A DNA stretch of 63,850 bases, the filler included, from Octopus bimaculoides (lineage: Eukaryota), in assembly GCF_001194135.2 (NCBI RefSeq). It is 6 parts of 5 records of this genome, joined end to end, with 100 filler letters (N's around TTAATTAATTAA, not from the genome) between each part and the next. Parts side by side here need not be neighbours in the genome. Positions count along the whole stretch, not along the records: positions 1 to 11,721 come from NC_068988.1; positions 11,822 to 24,380 come from NC_068984.1; 4 more parts are not named here. One strand, 5' to 3'. The position numbers and the translations under genes are program-made. This document shows, piece after piece, positions 1 to 13,189 of the stretch (the first letter of the stretch is position 1; each line of letters begins with the position of its first letter). The notes under the pieces are model-generated. The model did not search any database and was not told the origin of the DNA. It saw only the letters and a list, made by a program, of their open reading frames with translations.

Positions 1-36
1 TCGTAATTTTTCTTTCCCCCGGACCTTTCCTCTCTC

Positions 37-70
37 CTCTTTCTGACGATGAGCCATGCTCAAAACGTTA
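37..70 (+). ncRNA. Decayed minimal hammerhead ribozyme motif (Penelope pLTR-like)
   Basis: CTGACGA (43-49), extra T, stem II GAGC-cat-GCTC (51-61), then AAAACGTT where GAAACGTT is expected (G12 lost). Stem I pairing is poor. Confidence 0.4.
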
Positions 71-149
71 TACACCCACTCTTTTTTTCCATCTTATACT
101 GAATGTCAGCCCAATATATATTACAATAAAAATACAAAAGCGAAACAAT

Positions 150-468
150 CCAATAATCCCTTCCAACCCATAAAAAAAGGGTAAAGATCCCCTTCGGTCG
201 TGAACGACAATGGGATTGCACCTAGAAATTTACATATATGCATACGAGCCTTTCCTCTCCACACCATCGATGTTATCCAAGGGAGAGGCAAAGGCTGATA
301 CAACTTGGCACCAGTGACGTCACAACTAATTTCTGCTGCTGAATGAACTGCAACTATATGGAATAAAGTGTTTTGCTCAATAGCACAACACACAACCCGC
401 TTCGGGAATCGAACTCACTACTTCATGATTGTGAGCCCGACGTTCTAACTACTGAGCCATGCGCCTTC
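150..468 (-). mobile_element. tRNA-derived SINE (same head type as 25822-26140)
   Basis: Minus strand has A-box TGGCTCAGTAG (449-459) and B-box GTTCGATTCCC (404-414). The 3' boundary is approximate. Confidence 0.75.
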
Positions 469-590
469 ATATAATATTCCTAATAAATACACCCACGCAT
501 AGATAACATTGTCAAAAGATGCACTCCAGAGAATTACTGTAAAAAGTCATCGGAAGAAACAAACAAATAGCAACCATTTCTACCCTATAT

Positions 591-1020
591 TTAGCAAGTC
601 TTTTCATTAATATTCTAGTAGCAGAAGCAATCAATAGTGTATTAGATAATGTAAACAAACACCCAGAAATAACCACCAATGACACTAGCAAAATAATGAA
701 AACATAAACAGTAGTAAACTGCTCAACACAGGTATCGTTTCGCTGCCACAAAGCAAGCTATCTAAACACGAGGATGGAATACCTATGCGTTCTCCATTGG
801 GACTAACGTTCGTCGAATTCTATTTAGCTACAATACAGAACAAAATAATACCTAAAACACAAACATATAATATACACTAGATACGCAGACGATATTCTGG
901 TTGTAATGGACACATCAGAAGACGTCGAAGAATTAAAGGATTACCTAGAGGACAACTTGGTACTAAAATTTAACTTGCAAAACAATACTAATACGACTGC
1001 ATTTCCACTTATAAACATTC
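591..1020 (+). mobile_element. Penelope-like element reverse transcriptase remnant (frameshifted)
   Basis: Manual translation across frames: LASLFINILVAEAINSVLDNVNKHPEI (from 591), DGIPMRSPLGLTFVEFY (from 773), YTRYADDILVV...LVLKFN (YADD at 882-893). These match PLE RT motifs SLFTNVP, GxxMGSPLGP and RYVDD. Confidence 0.8.
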
Positions 1021-1097
1021 AGATTAAAACGGTAGATTAGGTCAGTTTACATAAGAGACACTAACAAACGGAATTAGCGAATGCACACATGTCTATA

Positions 1098-1148
<51 letters not shown>

Positions 1149-2059
1149 CACTTTTTACCTTTTTATCCTTTACTTGTTTCAGTCATTAGACTACGAAAAT
1201 GGTGGGCCGTTGCATTGAAAGGTTTAGCTAAAACAAAATCGACTTCAGTACATCGGGAGTCGAGGGATCATAGCGTATATACAACACACACACACACACA
1301 CACACACAATTATGAATATGTATGTATACGTATATATATATATNNNNNNNNNNNNNNNNNNNNNNNNNNNNNNNNNNNNNNNNNNNNNNNNNNNNNNNNN
1401 NNNNNNNNNNNNNNNNNNNNNNNNNNNNNNNNNNNNNNNNNNNNNNNNNNNNNNNNNNNNNNNNNNNNNNNNNNNNNNNNNNNNNNNNNNNNNNNNNNNN
1501 NNNNNNNNNNNNNNNNNNNNNNNNNNNNNNNNNNNNNNNNNNNNNNNNNNNNNNNNNNNNNNNNNNNNNNNNNNNNNNNNNNNNNNNNNNNNNNNNNNNN
1601 NNNNNNNNNNNNNNNNNNNNNNNNNNNNNNNNNNNNNNNNNNNNNNNNNNNNNNNNNNNNNNNNNNNNNNNNNNNNNNNNNNNNNNNNNNNNNNNNNNNN
1701 NNNNNNNNNNNNNNNNNNNNNNNNNNNNNNNNNNNNNNNNNNNNNNNNNNNNNNNNNNNNNNNNNNNNNNNNNNNNNNNNNNNNNNNNNNNNNNNNNNNN
1801 NNNNNNNNNNNNNNNNNNNNNNNNNNNNNNNNNNNNNNNNNNNNNNNNNNNNNNNNNNNNNNNNNNNNNNNNNNNNNNNNNNNNNNNNNNNNATATATAT
1901 ATATACATGAAAAGCTATTATATGGAGAAATACGCTCATACATACGTATCTACCGTATAAGCGGTTGCATAAATACACGCATACATACTCTTTCTTTCTC
2001 ACACGCACAGAGGCACATGCACGCATACAGACACATATACTCACACACACACACACACA

Positions 2060-2185
2060 TATGTCTTCCTTGGAATTTCACTCACAAGGCTTTGGTCTGC
2101 CCAGAGTTACAGTTGAAGACACTTGCCCAAGGTGCCATGCAAAGGGACTGAACCCGGAACCGTGTGTTTGAGAAACAAACTTCTT
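2060..2185 (-). mobile_element. SINE family B, 5' part
   Basis: Reverse complement of ...ggttccgggttcagtccc...caccttgggcaagtgtctt..., shared with many copies in the window. Confidence 0.8.
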
Positions 2186-3486
2186 AGCACGCATGTATAT
2201 TTATATATGTTTGTGTATATATACATATGTATGAATGTAAATATAAGTGTACATGTATGTACGCGCGGCGCACACGCATACACATATGCATATGCATATA
2301 TATATATATATATATACACACACGCATATACATATATAAATACATATATGCATACATACACACGCATACATATATGAGAAAGAGAGAGAGACTATACAGG
2401 TATTTCCTGCCACCGCTATTTATAACAGATAGGTGGTTAAGAATTAAAAGATTTATTTTTAGTAGGCAAGTTTTGTACTGATATATTCCATAGAATGTCA
2501 TAAATAGGACAACGTCTTTACTTTTTACACCTAGGTGACCACTCCAACCGTGCTGTGTGTGGTACCATTGTTGTCGCTAGTGATGGAGTTAGTAGCGTTA
2601 ACTGTGCTGAGGGCGTGGCTGCTATTGTCCATGGTGAAGGTAGCTGTGATGTTGGTATTTGTATGCAGTGTGGGTAAAAAAGCTAGGAAGCACGATCCGA
2701 TCAGAGATCAGGCAAGAGTAAAACAACGCATAAACACGCCTCGGTTCCATTTGATGAAACAAAAGCATACCGAACATCAACGTGATGAAAGCAGATGAAA
2801 TAACAGCCACAGCAATAACAACTACTGCTACAATAGAGATTCATTTATGGCAATAATAGCATAAAAAAACAAAACAACCAAATTATCAACCACACTTTTC
2901 ATAAAATCCCGCCCCGATCAAAAGAGTGGAACAAAACCGAGAAAACAAGTACACAATATTTTAATCGCCTAACATAAAGGTCGAACCATTCAACCTTGCG
3001 TGACAAAGAGTCTGTTTGGTAACGAAGAGACCGTCTGCAGTTGCCAAATAGCTGTCATTGTAAAATTGGTCAGATTTTCTCAGGAAGGAGTGATTTTTCT
3101 CACTTCAGTGTTATTTTATAGAACAAGCTCAATTTCCTACACCCTTCAGACGAGTTGACATATAATATGAATGAAGACAGACATATCCACTTTAACAGAT
3201 ATGCAAAAATGTACTACTGCCGCCATTTTGTGTCGTCTGTCCATGTCGTGTCGGCTAGTTATGTTTGTCAGAAACGTTTTAAACATTTTCTTTACACGTT
3301 TTAAATATTTACTTTGGAATCATTTTCAGTTTTTTTTTATGTTGTTACTCTTATTCACACACACGTATATATGTATGTGTATATATATATATACACACGT
3401 ATATGCAAATGTATGTACATACATATACGTACAGTGATACACATGTACACATATTCATTTCTATATATACATGTATGTGTATGTGC

Positions 3487-3517
<31 letters not shown>

Positions 3518-4029
3518 CGTGCACATACATATGATATAAACATCTGTATGAGAATACATTGCGTTAAAATTGCTGCCGGATGCATTTGTAATATTTATAT
3601 GAAGTGGGAATTCCTAAACTGAGTATCCGGTGGGATATAACGTAGGTTCGATTTTCGCCAGATACTTTGGGAATTCTCTGTCATACACTAGATATGCTTT
3701 CACACGTTTAATTTTTTAAAATGTTCTCACCCCAAGATTTCTCAGTTGAATTCCAGATTAGCATACATATTAAATTGATTGTACACAGAAACATACGCTT
3801 ACGCACACATTCCTTTAAGAAAAGCTACGTTCCACGTAGTGGGACATAACATGAACATTACTCTTGAAATTTCAAATGAAGTGAAGCAGATTTCGGAATC
3901 TGTCATATTTTTTAGAAGTGCTTAAGGGCTCTCTCTATCACAATGGACACAATTGTCATAGATCAGTTATTGGTAGTGATGTCTCTCATATAATATAATC
4001 AAGATGCATAGCTCCTCTTTCTCTTGTAG

Positions 4030-4450
4030 GAAAAGTGAGTCGGTTGATGGATTGAATGATATACTTTATAAGTCGTCTGCTTTTTCAGGAGATGGGCTTT
4101 CATAAATAGATCATGTTTAATTTGGTTTGGCATGTGATTCAGGTCCTGCGAATCAGAATAACAAGTTTGGAGTTCAGTATTGCTGCGATTTTCTTGATTT
4201 ATTTCTGTTGCTGTTCTGTTGCATGTTTCCCCTATGAACCCTTCTTTGGGTTGTCTTTGTATCCACTTATTCCTGAATCTGTGGGTTGCTTTTTTTATGG
4301 AAAGTTTTACCCACATAAGAAGACTGACATCGTAAGGAAACAGAAACATTATTCTGGCAAATCGTAAGTGGACTAAAACTGAAAGTAAGCTTGAGAAAGT
4401 AGGACCGTTGTAGGTTGTGTTAGTAAAGTTTAAACATTGAATAGTCATTT
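4030..4450 (-). mobile_element. Decayed GIY-YIG endonuclease region of a Penelope-like element
   Basis: Minus-strand translation NNVSVSLRCQSSYVGKT (CQSSYVGKT at 4303-4329), then QIQE*V, resembling SNVVYxFxCxCxxxYVGKT...RIxEH. Frameshifts are present. Confidence 0.55.
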
Positions 4451-4539
4451 ACTTTTTGTTTTATGTAGTCTTCGGCCAGTCCTGGTCGAGTTGACCAACG
4501 ATAAAATGCGTTACAACCGTGACCATTCATTTTTTTAGA

Positions 4540-4800
4540 CGTAGTATATCTAAGATGGTCCCATCATGTTTCCAACAAAGAACTCCATGCGCGCACGCAT
4601 CAGCCCGCAGCCTCCCACCTCATAACTATCCACCACACGCAATAGTACGGACATGTCTTCCAACCTCCAGTCATATCATCCTACCAGGGCTTTACTCTCA
4701 TTCAACACAGCAGCTGCGCCTCATGGCAGAGGGTCTGGCACAGAACCGCCGGCGGTGAGGGGCAATAGTAGACAGGTCGGCTCTATGCGCGATGACGCCT
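4540..4800 (+). mobile_element. RTE-clade LINE RT C-terminal remnant
   Basis: Translation LRWSHHVSNKELHARTHQPAASHLI...*YGHVF and AEGLAQNRRR matches the RTE signature IxWxDxVSNxELxxR...RLRWxGHV...LAxDRxxW. Confidence 0.6.
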
Positions 4801-5108
4801 CTGGGACAACTAACCTGGAATGGCTCCAGTCCCATCAAGCAAGAGTATGAAACAAGCAAAAGTATGAAGCAAGCAAGAAGTGTATCTAAGAATTTATTGT
4901 CCAAGTTAACTTTCATTTTTTGAGACAATATTATGCAATTTGAGGAAAATTCGGCTTTATTTCAAGCAAATTGAGCGACAGCCCAGAAGCTCTCTTGTTG
5001 GTATATATCGGATTTACTATTAGTGAAAGGTATTTATTGAAATGTTCATTGGAAGGTTGACTGCCTTCTTGTTGCTAAGTAAATGAATAACAGTCGGTTG
5101 GTTATCTG

Positions 5109-5233
5109 TCTATTGGCCACGGGCCACTAGTTGGGATGACAGCTCAGCTGGCCAATAGAGACTTGTTTGCTGACAGTTTCGAGTATCAACTGCAACTATG
5201 CTGACAAACGAGGTTTTGCTTCGCTTTATATAA
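5109..5233 (+). promoter_or_regulatory. Candidate Pol II promoter: inverted CCAAT pair plus TATA
   Basis: 11-bp perfect inverted repeat TCTATTGGCCA (5109-5119) / TGGCCAATAGA (5149-5159), each containing a CCAAT box. TATATAA at 5227-5233, in a non-repetitive island. Confidence 0.3.
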
Positions 5234-6341
5234 CAAATGAAACTATCTGAGTGTATGTGTGCAAGCGTCCGTGTGAAGGATTTTTGCAGGTTACTGGAAA
5301 GTAAATTGTTCTGAGAGATTTTGTCCTTTTAGTGATTTACTATTAAAAGAACATTTTCATTCCTTTTATTCAAAAGACAGATGGGTCTTGCCAAAAGCTT
5401 GAGTGTTTTGTTTTTCAAATTGTTTTTTATTTTCAAAGTAGGTTTTGCTGAGTTCAGGAATATGTGTGAAAAACTTGGCACTAATAGGTTTTTGTTGAAT
5501 TTATTCATTGTCTTCGCAGAACATTGCATTAATGGGTTTGCTAAATTTAGATTTGATTTTGTCAACACATGAATTATATAGATAAAAAGCAATTGAATTT
5601 AAAAGCAACAACAACCAGGAATTTTGTGAAAGAAAAATAAAAGTTAGGAATAACAAACATAACAAACACTATAGTTTACTGAATTCGAACGCATTTGTTT
5701 TAGAGAATAACGAGAAGAATAAAAATGAACTATGCTAGGAAAACACCGAAGATTCTTACACATGAATCAAAATTAGAAAACCAAATTGAACATATGTATC
5801 AGATAAATTATATCATAATAACCAATATTACATACATATATAAAAAGAAAATTATACTTGTAGTTGCTATAGGAAATAGTTGCTTTGCGTTCTGAATTGA
5901 GGTACAGGCTAAAAAAAATGAGATGTGATACAAAAAAGAAAGAGAAATGAATGTTTCATTTTTGTATTTGGTTTGCAAGCTTCTTGATGTAAACTCGTAT
6001 ACAGAAAAAGATTCAGATGTATCTCAGGACTGTCATTATGCCAATAATAGACACACGTGCTGGTTCTGTTTCATTTCTTTTACTATTATCAACCAACTGG
6101 TTAATCATTTAGCTAGTTAACCCATAGACTGTTTGATTAATCGTTCGGTTATGCAATCAGTCACTTAGGCTTATCAAAGTTCCTTCGTCGCCATTTGAGA
6201 CCTCATCAATGACATGCTCTTTCTAGGTCTTTCAAATCGGGTGTCAATTGCTGAGGCACCCTATATATATAGTTATATGCATAAATATATGTACATTCAT
6301 GTATTTGTGCATATATGTCTGTGTGTGCGCAATCTATCTAT

Positions 6342-6415
<74 letters not shown>

Positions 6416-6528
6416 GTTTATCTATCTATCTATCTATCTATCTGTATGTCTGTCTGCCCCTCTCGCTCCTTCTCTCTCGTGTACAGAGCAGGTAGACTTC
6501 TTTTTATTTAAAAATAAAATGCACACAT

Positions 6529-6576
<48 letters not shown>

Positions 6577-6689
6577 GCACACACATGCGCGCGCACATAC
6601 GTTACACACATTAAAATATCATTATATAAATACCACATTGACTTTTTTTAGCCATGGCAATCAAGATATTCTTATTATACAGGCAATCT

Positions 6690-6950
6690 AAGGCGGTGAT
6701 TTGGCAGAATCGCTAGTGCGCCGGGCAAAATGCTTAGCGGCACCTCGTTGGTCTGTACGTTTTGAGTTCAAATTCCGTTGAGGTCATCTTTGCCTTTCAT
6801 CTTTTCGGGATTGATAAAATAAGTACCATTCAAACAGTGGGGTCGATAAATTAAGTACCAGTTGCATACTGGGGTCGATCTAATCAACTGGCCCTTTCCT
6901 CCCGGATTTCGGGCCTTGTGCCTAGAGTAGAAAAGAATTATTAATTTATT
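6690..6950 (+). mobile_element. SINE family A (near full length)
   Basis: Head aaggcggtgatttggcagaatcg (A-box-like), gagttcaaattcc (B-box-like), core gcctttcatc...gataaaataagtacc, tail tagaaaagaattatt. Confidence 0.85.
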
Positions 6951-8554
6951 TAGAATTAATGCAAGCATTGTTAAAGATAAATTTTGTTCCTTCTTCGATT
7001 CTAGGGCCTCATGAAAGTGAAAGCATTTACTCTGTAAAAAAGTGAAAGTGATTTCTCACACAGTAAAAATATAAAAGAACGGAAGGGAATTTATGGACTG
7101 TAGAGTGGTAGTTACACGCTTTAATACATGCTGTGTGATGATACCACAATTGAATTCGGATCTGATAACTATTTTAAGTCAGTTCCTAATTAGCCTCAGT
7201 CAAGCATGACTATTAACAACTCAAGCATATCGAATGTTAACGGAAGAACGTTACAATGATTAACAGCGAATATTCGCGATACAATTACACATTTGACTTT
7301 GTCCTGGTTGTGCCAAGGATATAATGCACTGTGAAGGTCTGCCCGCCTCGAACAAATGGGTAACTATGGAGTTGTACCGAAAGAGTTTGCCACAAGAATC
7401 TGTTATTGAGAAACATTTTTCCTAACTATTTCATGCGACGCGTTATCCCCTAATGGTTGCAGCTATCACAAGAAAAATAATTATTCTTTTGTAACATTTA
7501 GTGGGATTAGAAATTTGAATTTGAAATCAAAGAATTATAAGGAAAAGGTTGCATAGAATTCACATATTTATTTATTTATATATTTATTCATTTGTTTACT
7601 TATTAGGAAGTTCTTAAAATTTCTAGTCGGTGGTAATCATATATAGCACTATTTCATTCATTTTGGAAACCGTCAATATTGCAGAACCTGAGATGTATAA
7701 ATCAAACATTTCATGAAGCGAAACATTTCTTATTGACTGAAAATAAATACAGCCCGGAAAGAATTCAGGGAACTTGTATTTTTCTTTCTTTCTATTTCGT
7801 AGAGCATCAGTGGAATAGTAGACGAATTCATGTATTACTTGGGTATGTGGAATATAATATATTAAAATAATATTCCCATAAAAAACGCGTTTAATCTTTG
7901 ACCTGGAAAACACCTACTTCTGACAAGATAAATGCTTTCAATTCCATACGTTTTTGGAAACGAGGCTCTAACACTCTTTTAAGGAAGACAAGTTGTTAAG
8001 AATATATTAAGAGGTTATTAAGAAAGACAAATAATTACAAATAGTAAAAAAAAAAAAAACACGATTGCAACGTGTCATAACTTTCCTTTTAATAATTCTT
8101 TTGAGTCATGACGATGACAGCGACAAGCATAACCACCCACTACATCTACTGTCACCACAAAGATGTCTNNNNNNNNNNNNNNNNNNNNNNNNNNNNNNNN
8201 NNNNNNNNNNNNNNNNNNNNNNNNNNNNNNNNNNNNNNNNNNNNNNNNNNNNNNNNNNNNNNNNNNNNNNNNNNNNNNNNNNNNNNNNNNNNNNNNNNNN
8301 NNNNNNNNNNNNNNCACTTTAGGAATCGTTTGCAATAGAAAAACAAAACAAAAATAAAAGAAAGAATAGCAAACAAAAAAAATAAAAAAAGACAAGGAAA
8401 AATATATGACGAAATCCCGGCAGAAATGAAGTAATAAAAAATAAAAGCAAAGGACATTAAAAATGAATGGCTCCCAAAGGAATTTTCCAATTCAAACGAA
8501 AATATATTTTGTGGTATAATAATGTAAATGATATAAAAGAGAAAATTCTATCTA

Positions 8555-8657
<103 letters not shown>

Positions 8658-11648
8658 GCTTGTCTGTATTTGTCTTCTGTCTCAATGTGTGTGTAAGTGT
8701 GTATGTATGTATGTATGTATGTATGTATGTATGTATGTGCGTGGAGGTATGTTTATATACTTATGCATATACATACCTGTATACCTTTAGATTATGTGCG
8801 TGTATGTTTGTATCGTATATAAAATAAAAAGGCATACATGGATGTATACATATATGTGTTTTATATATATATATATATATATATGTATAATTATTACAAA
8901 TTAAAAGGGTAAATGTTTATCAATTTATTAATTTATTAATAAATCAACAATTAATAATTTTTACCAAGCCCTTCGGTATGTAAACACCATTATCGGTGGA
9001 GAACTTATTTAAAAGTTCATATACATTTATAAACATAATTAAGGGATCAGCAAACATTTGCTTCACCACATACCGAAGTTCAGAAATAGCAGCTAAAAAA
9101 GCTGAGACTCCAACAGATAGCATTACTTNNNNNNNNNNNNNNNNNNNNNNNNNNNNNNNNNNNNNNNNNNNNNNNNNNNNNNNNNNNNNNNNNNNNNNNN
9201 NNNNNNNNNNNNNNNNNNNNNNNNNNNNNNNNNNNNNNNNNNNNNNNNNNNNNNNNNNNNNNNNNNNNNNNNNNNNNNNNNNNNNNNNNNNNNNNNNNNN
9301 NNNNNNNNNNNNNNNNNNNNNNNNNNNNNNNNNNNNNNNNNNNNNNNNNNNNNNNNNNNNNNNNNNNNNNNNNNNNNNNNNNNNNNNNNNNNNNNNNNNN
9401 NNNNNNNNNNNNNNNNNNNNNNNNNNNNNNNNNNNNNNNNNNNNNNNNNNNNNNNNNNNNNNNNNNNNNNNNNNNNNNNNNNNNNNNNNNNNNNNNNNNN
9501 NNNNNNNNNNNNNNNNNNNNNNNNNNNNNNNNNNNNNNNNNNNNNNNNNNNNNNNNNNNNNNNNNNNNNNNNNNNNNNNNNNNNNNNNNNNNNNNNNNNN
9601 NNNNNNNNNNNNNNNNNNNNNNNNNNNNNNNNNNNNNNNNNNNNNNNNNNNNNNNNNNNNNNNNNNNNNNNNNNNNNNNNNNNNNNNNNNNNNNNNNNNN
9701 NNNNNNNNNNNNNNNNNNNNNNNNNNNNNNNNNNNNNNNNNNNNNNNNNNNNNNNNNNNNNNNNNNNNNNNNNNNNNNNNNNNNNNNNNNNNNNNNNNNN
9801 NNNNNNNNNNNNNNNNNNNNNNNNNNNNNNNNNNNNNNNNNNNNNNNNNNNNNNNNNNNNNNNNNNNNNNATATATATTCATTTATATAAAATTACCTCT
9901 TTATAATATATATCTGTATATATATATATGTGCATACATCTCTCCCTTTCTCTCTTTCTCTCTCTCTATATATGAGGATGCTTTTGTTCGAAAGAACCAA
10001 AAGTACACAAATTTCAATACCAGTTTGCAATGTAGTGAAGAATTATATTTATTGTAATTGACGACAGAAGGAAACCGATTACACCTGAACATCCGTATTT
10101 TACCTTTAAAAGCCACAAGAAGAATTTTAAATAACACTTACTCATAGATTAATAAACTGAACTAAATATGACATTGGAGGTTTTTTTTAGCAAACATAAT
10201 CTAGATAAAACTAAGCATAACATTTTAAAAAGTCCCTTCTATTATTGAAATAACATTCAAACTGTCAGGAAGTGATTCTCATATCCTCTCTTATAAAACT
10301 AATTTCAAATTCTTTTTTAAGAATTACTATCTATCTCAAAACATGCTTTTATCTTTGTTAAATTAGTAACTGACATTAAAGACTCTGAAATTTGATTTCC
10401 AGCACACTACAAAGTCAAGAAGATTGAGAATCATTGATGTAAATAGACATCTAACTCGATGGTTAGCTAGATAAATAAATAGACTTGTAATACATATAGC
10501 TAAGTAACCAAAAGGTCTGATGTATTGACAGTTATATAGACAAGGGGACTGAACACGTAGACAGCTAGATACACTGACTTACACAGGTGAGGATATCCAA
10601 GTCGGGACCCCAGGTTATATACGTAAGAAAAGAATATAACAATATCATCAAGTATCACAAAACTCATTGAATTTGGAAGTCTGTTGCCATTGATATGTGT
10701 ACAGATAACTCTCTTGTTATAACAGTATATCTACCACTGAAAATATACTTTCTACTATAGGAACAATAGGATAGCGTTAGTTTATGACATCGAATCTCAT
10801 CTTTTTCAAAACTTTAATCCCAGATTTTATTTCAAAGTTTTATCCTCGAATCTATTCCAAATTTTGACCCTCGAATTTGTTCAAAACTTTGATCTTTGAA
10901 GTTAATCTAATCTAGCCGATCTGATTATAATAGCTAGCATAATAATTCTATATGGTTATAAACTTCTCTGATTATAATCTGTTGCAACAACACCAGATCA
11001 TTGTTAGCATCTTGGAAGAAGCGAAAAATCACTGACTATTTATAGGAAAAAAAATCAGGAGAGGGTGTGATATATTGATGTCATATCTGGAATATTTCAA
11101 AGTATGCGAATTAAAGATATAACATAAAAATCAATGATGTACGTACTTAAACTATTCCATTCTTTCAATTTGCCCCATAAAAAGATTGTGTGTCATAATA
11201 GAACGGTTTATACATTTTTTTTCAAATAGTCGGAATATTGAAATGATGATTTGTGCTAATTATATTTTTCTCAAGTGTATTAGAAATGCATAAGAGAATT
11301 GAACTGATTCTAAAAATGAGTTTATTTTTACCCGGGTCTATATTTAGCTTGTTATTCTCTTGCGAGTAGCTAGTTATGCAGTTTACAGAATAAAATTACA
11401 ATATATGACCATTTAAATAATAAAATGAATTAGTGTATCCAGCAATGAAACATCCGTCTGTGGATTCCATTATGTGACTGTCATTTTATTGATTCTAGAA
11501 GTGGGGAAGTAAAAAAAAAATCGGCCTATGCGGGACTTGAACTTGGATCATAAAGAAACGTGAGGAATTTAATAGTCGGACCTTTTACCACTTCTGCCAT
11601 TCTACTGCTTTTATTCATGCCACTAATGGATATTTACGGATATTAAGA

Positions 11649-11705
<57 letters not shown>

Positions 11706-11721
11706 GCTAAGGCGGCGAGCT

Positions 11722-11821
11722 NNNNNNNNNNNNNNNNNNNNNNNNNNNNNNNNNNNNNNNNNNNNTTAATTAATTAANNNNNNNNNNNNNNNNNNNNNNN
11801 NNNNNNNNNNNNNNNNNNNNN
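11722..11821. other. Artificial scaffold linker 44N-TTAATTAATTAA-44N (also 24425, 30602, 37925, 57039)
   Basis: Identical palindromic 12-mer with TAA stops in all six frames, centred in 100-nt N blocks at five places. Confidence 0.95.
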
Positions 11822-12509
11822 ATATATATATATATATAACGAAGATGTACTTGCATAGCCAGTTTTTCCATCTGAGATCGTGTGGAAGACACTAGTTAAC
11901 CATTCAGTAACGATCAATGATGGTTAAGTTCACTTAAATACTTATTATTTCTAGTGTGGTGTCAAAATTGTCGTGGCTCGAAATTTCGTTCTGGTCACTG
12001 ACAAATGTGTGCCGCAGCGCACAGATGTCACTGATCCGGTCACAGTTTGTAATGGTGCTTTGTATTACAGGTACAGTCCAGCAAGCATATTTCCACAGCT
12101 TCACAAAGCTTCTGTCACATAGTGAAATAATTTTGCTCTAGATTGAAACCGGATTGAAACAGGATTGAAACCGGTTCCTTACGACCGCCATGCGCACTTC
12201 TCAACAACTCGGCCATGCCTATCTATATATTTCTACATGCAGGCACACATGCATACATACATACATACATACATACATTAAGTTACATTATGTACACATG
12301 TGTATGTATATGTGAGTAAATATGTATATATATATATACATACATATATATANNNNNNNNNNNNNNNNNNNNNNNNNNNNNNNNNNNNNNNNNNNNNNNN
12401 NNNNNNNNNNNNNNNNNNNNNNNNNNNNNNNNNNNNNNNNNNNNNNNNNNNNNNNNNNNNNNNNNNNNNNNNNNNNNNNNNNNNNNNNNNNNNNNNNNNN
12501 NNNNNNNNN

Positions 12510-12556
<47 letters not shown>

Positions 12557-13134
12557 GTATGCATGTATGTATATATATATATATATATATATACTACATA
12601 CATACATATATAATATAAATATATATATATGTGTATGTATATGTTAAGTAAATATGAGTACATCCTCACACCCAAATACATACAACATACTCAACATGTT
12701 TGTATGAAACCTTACGGAAAAACAAACAAACCAAAAAAGACAAGAACAAAAATAAATACATAGAACGCAAGAAAGAAAAGACACTACATACCGACATAAC
12801 AGTGGTATTTCTATGTAAATGTCCGGATCTATGCGTATCTAAAGGTGTATGTGAAGGGTGTTCTAAGTAAATTGCCTTCTCCAATATCAACACTTTGGTA
12901 AACTCCCTTCCACAAAGTCACTGCCACGCGCTCCTACTTTAGTACAGAAGCGCCCCCTACCGTCCTTGTCGTTTTACGTATACACTGGTGCGCACACAAG
13001 TACAGAATATATGAGAAGTCAGAGATGCTTACATACAAAGTTGAAGATATATGCACGAAGAAAGACTTTGTATATCTGTATCTATGCATACGTTTATGCA
13101 TACATGTAGACATGCATACGGCTGGGCAATAAAG

Positions 13135-13189
<55 letters not shown>

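Noticed and set aside
1089-2500. Long ORF-track entries rich in IY, HT, CV, LSIY, poly-E/N/D/T or X (here and throughout the window)
   Set aside because: Translations of di-, tri- and tetranucleotide microsatellites or of N gaps; no coding evidence.
3999-4448. 149-aa minus-strand ORF as a host gene
   Set aside because: It overlaps the frameshifted GIY-YIG remnant, whose diagnostic motif lies in another frame.
11766-11777. TTAATTAATTAA palindromes inside N runs (five sites)
   Set aside because: Synthetic six-frame-stop scaffold linkers in 100-nt blocks; not biological.
12142-12176. Three copies of GATTGAAAC resembling a CRISPR repeat end
   Set aside because: 11-bp tandem units with no spacers, in a eukaryotic context with no cas genes.
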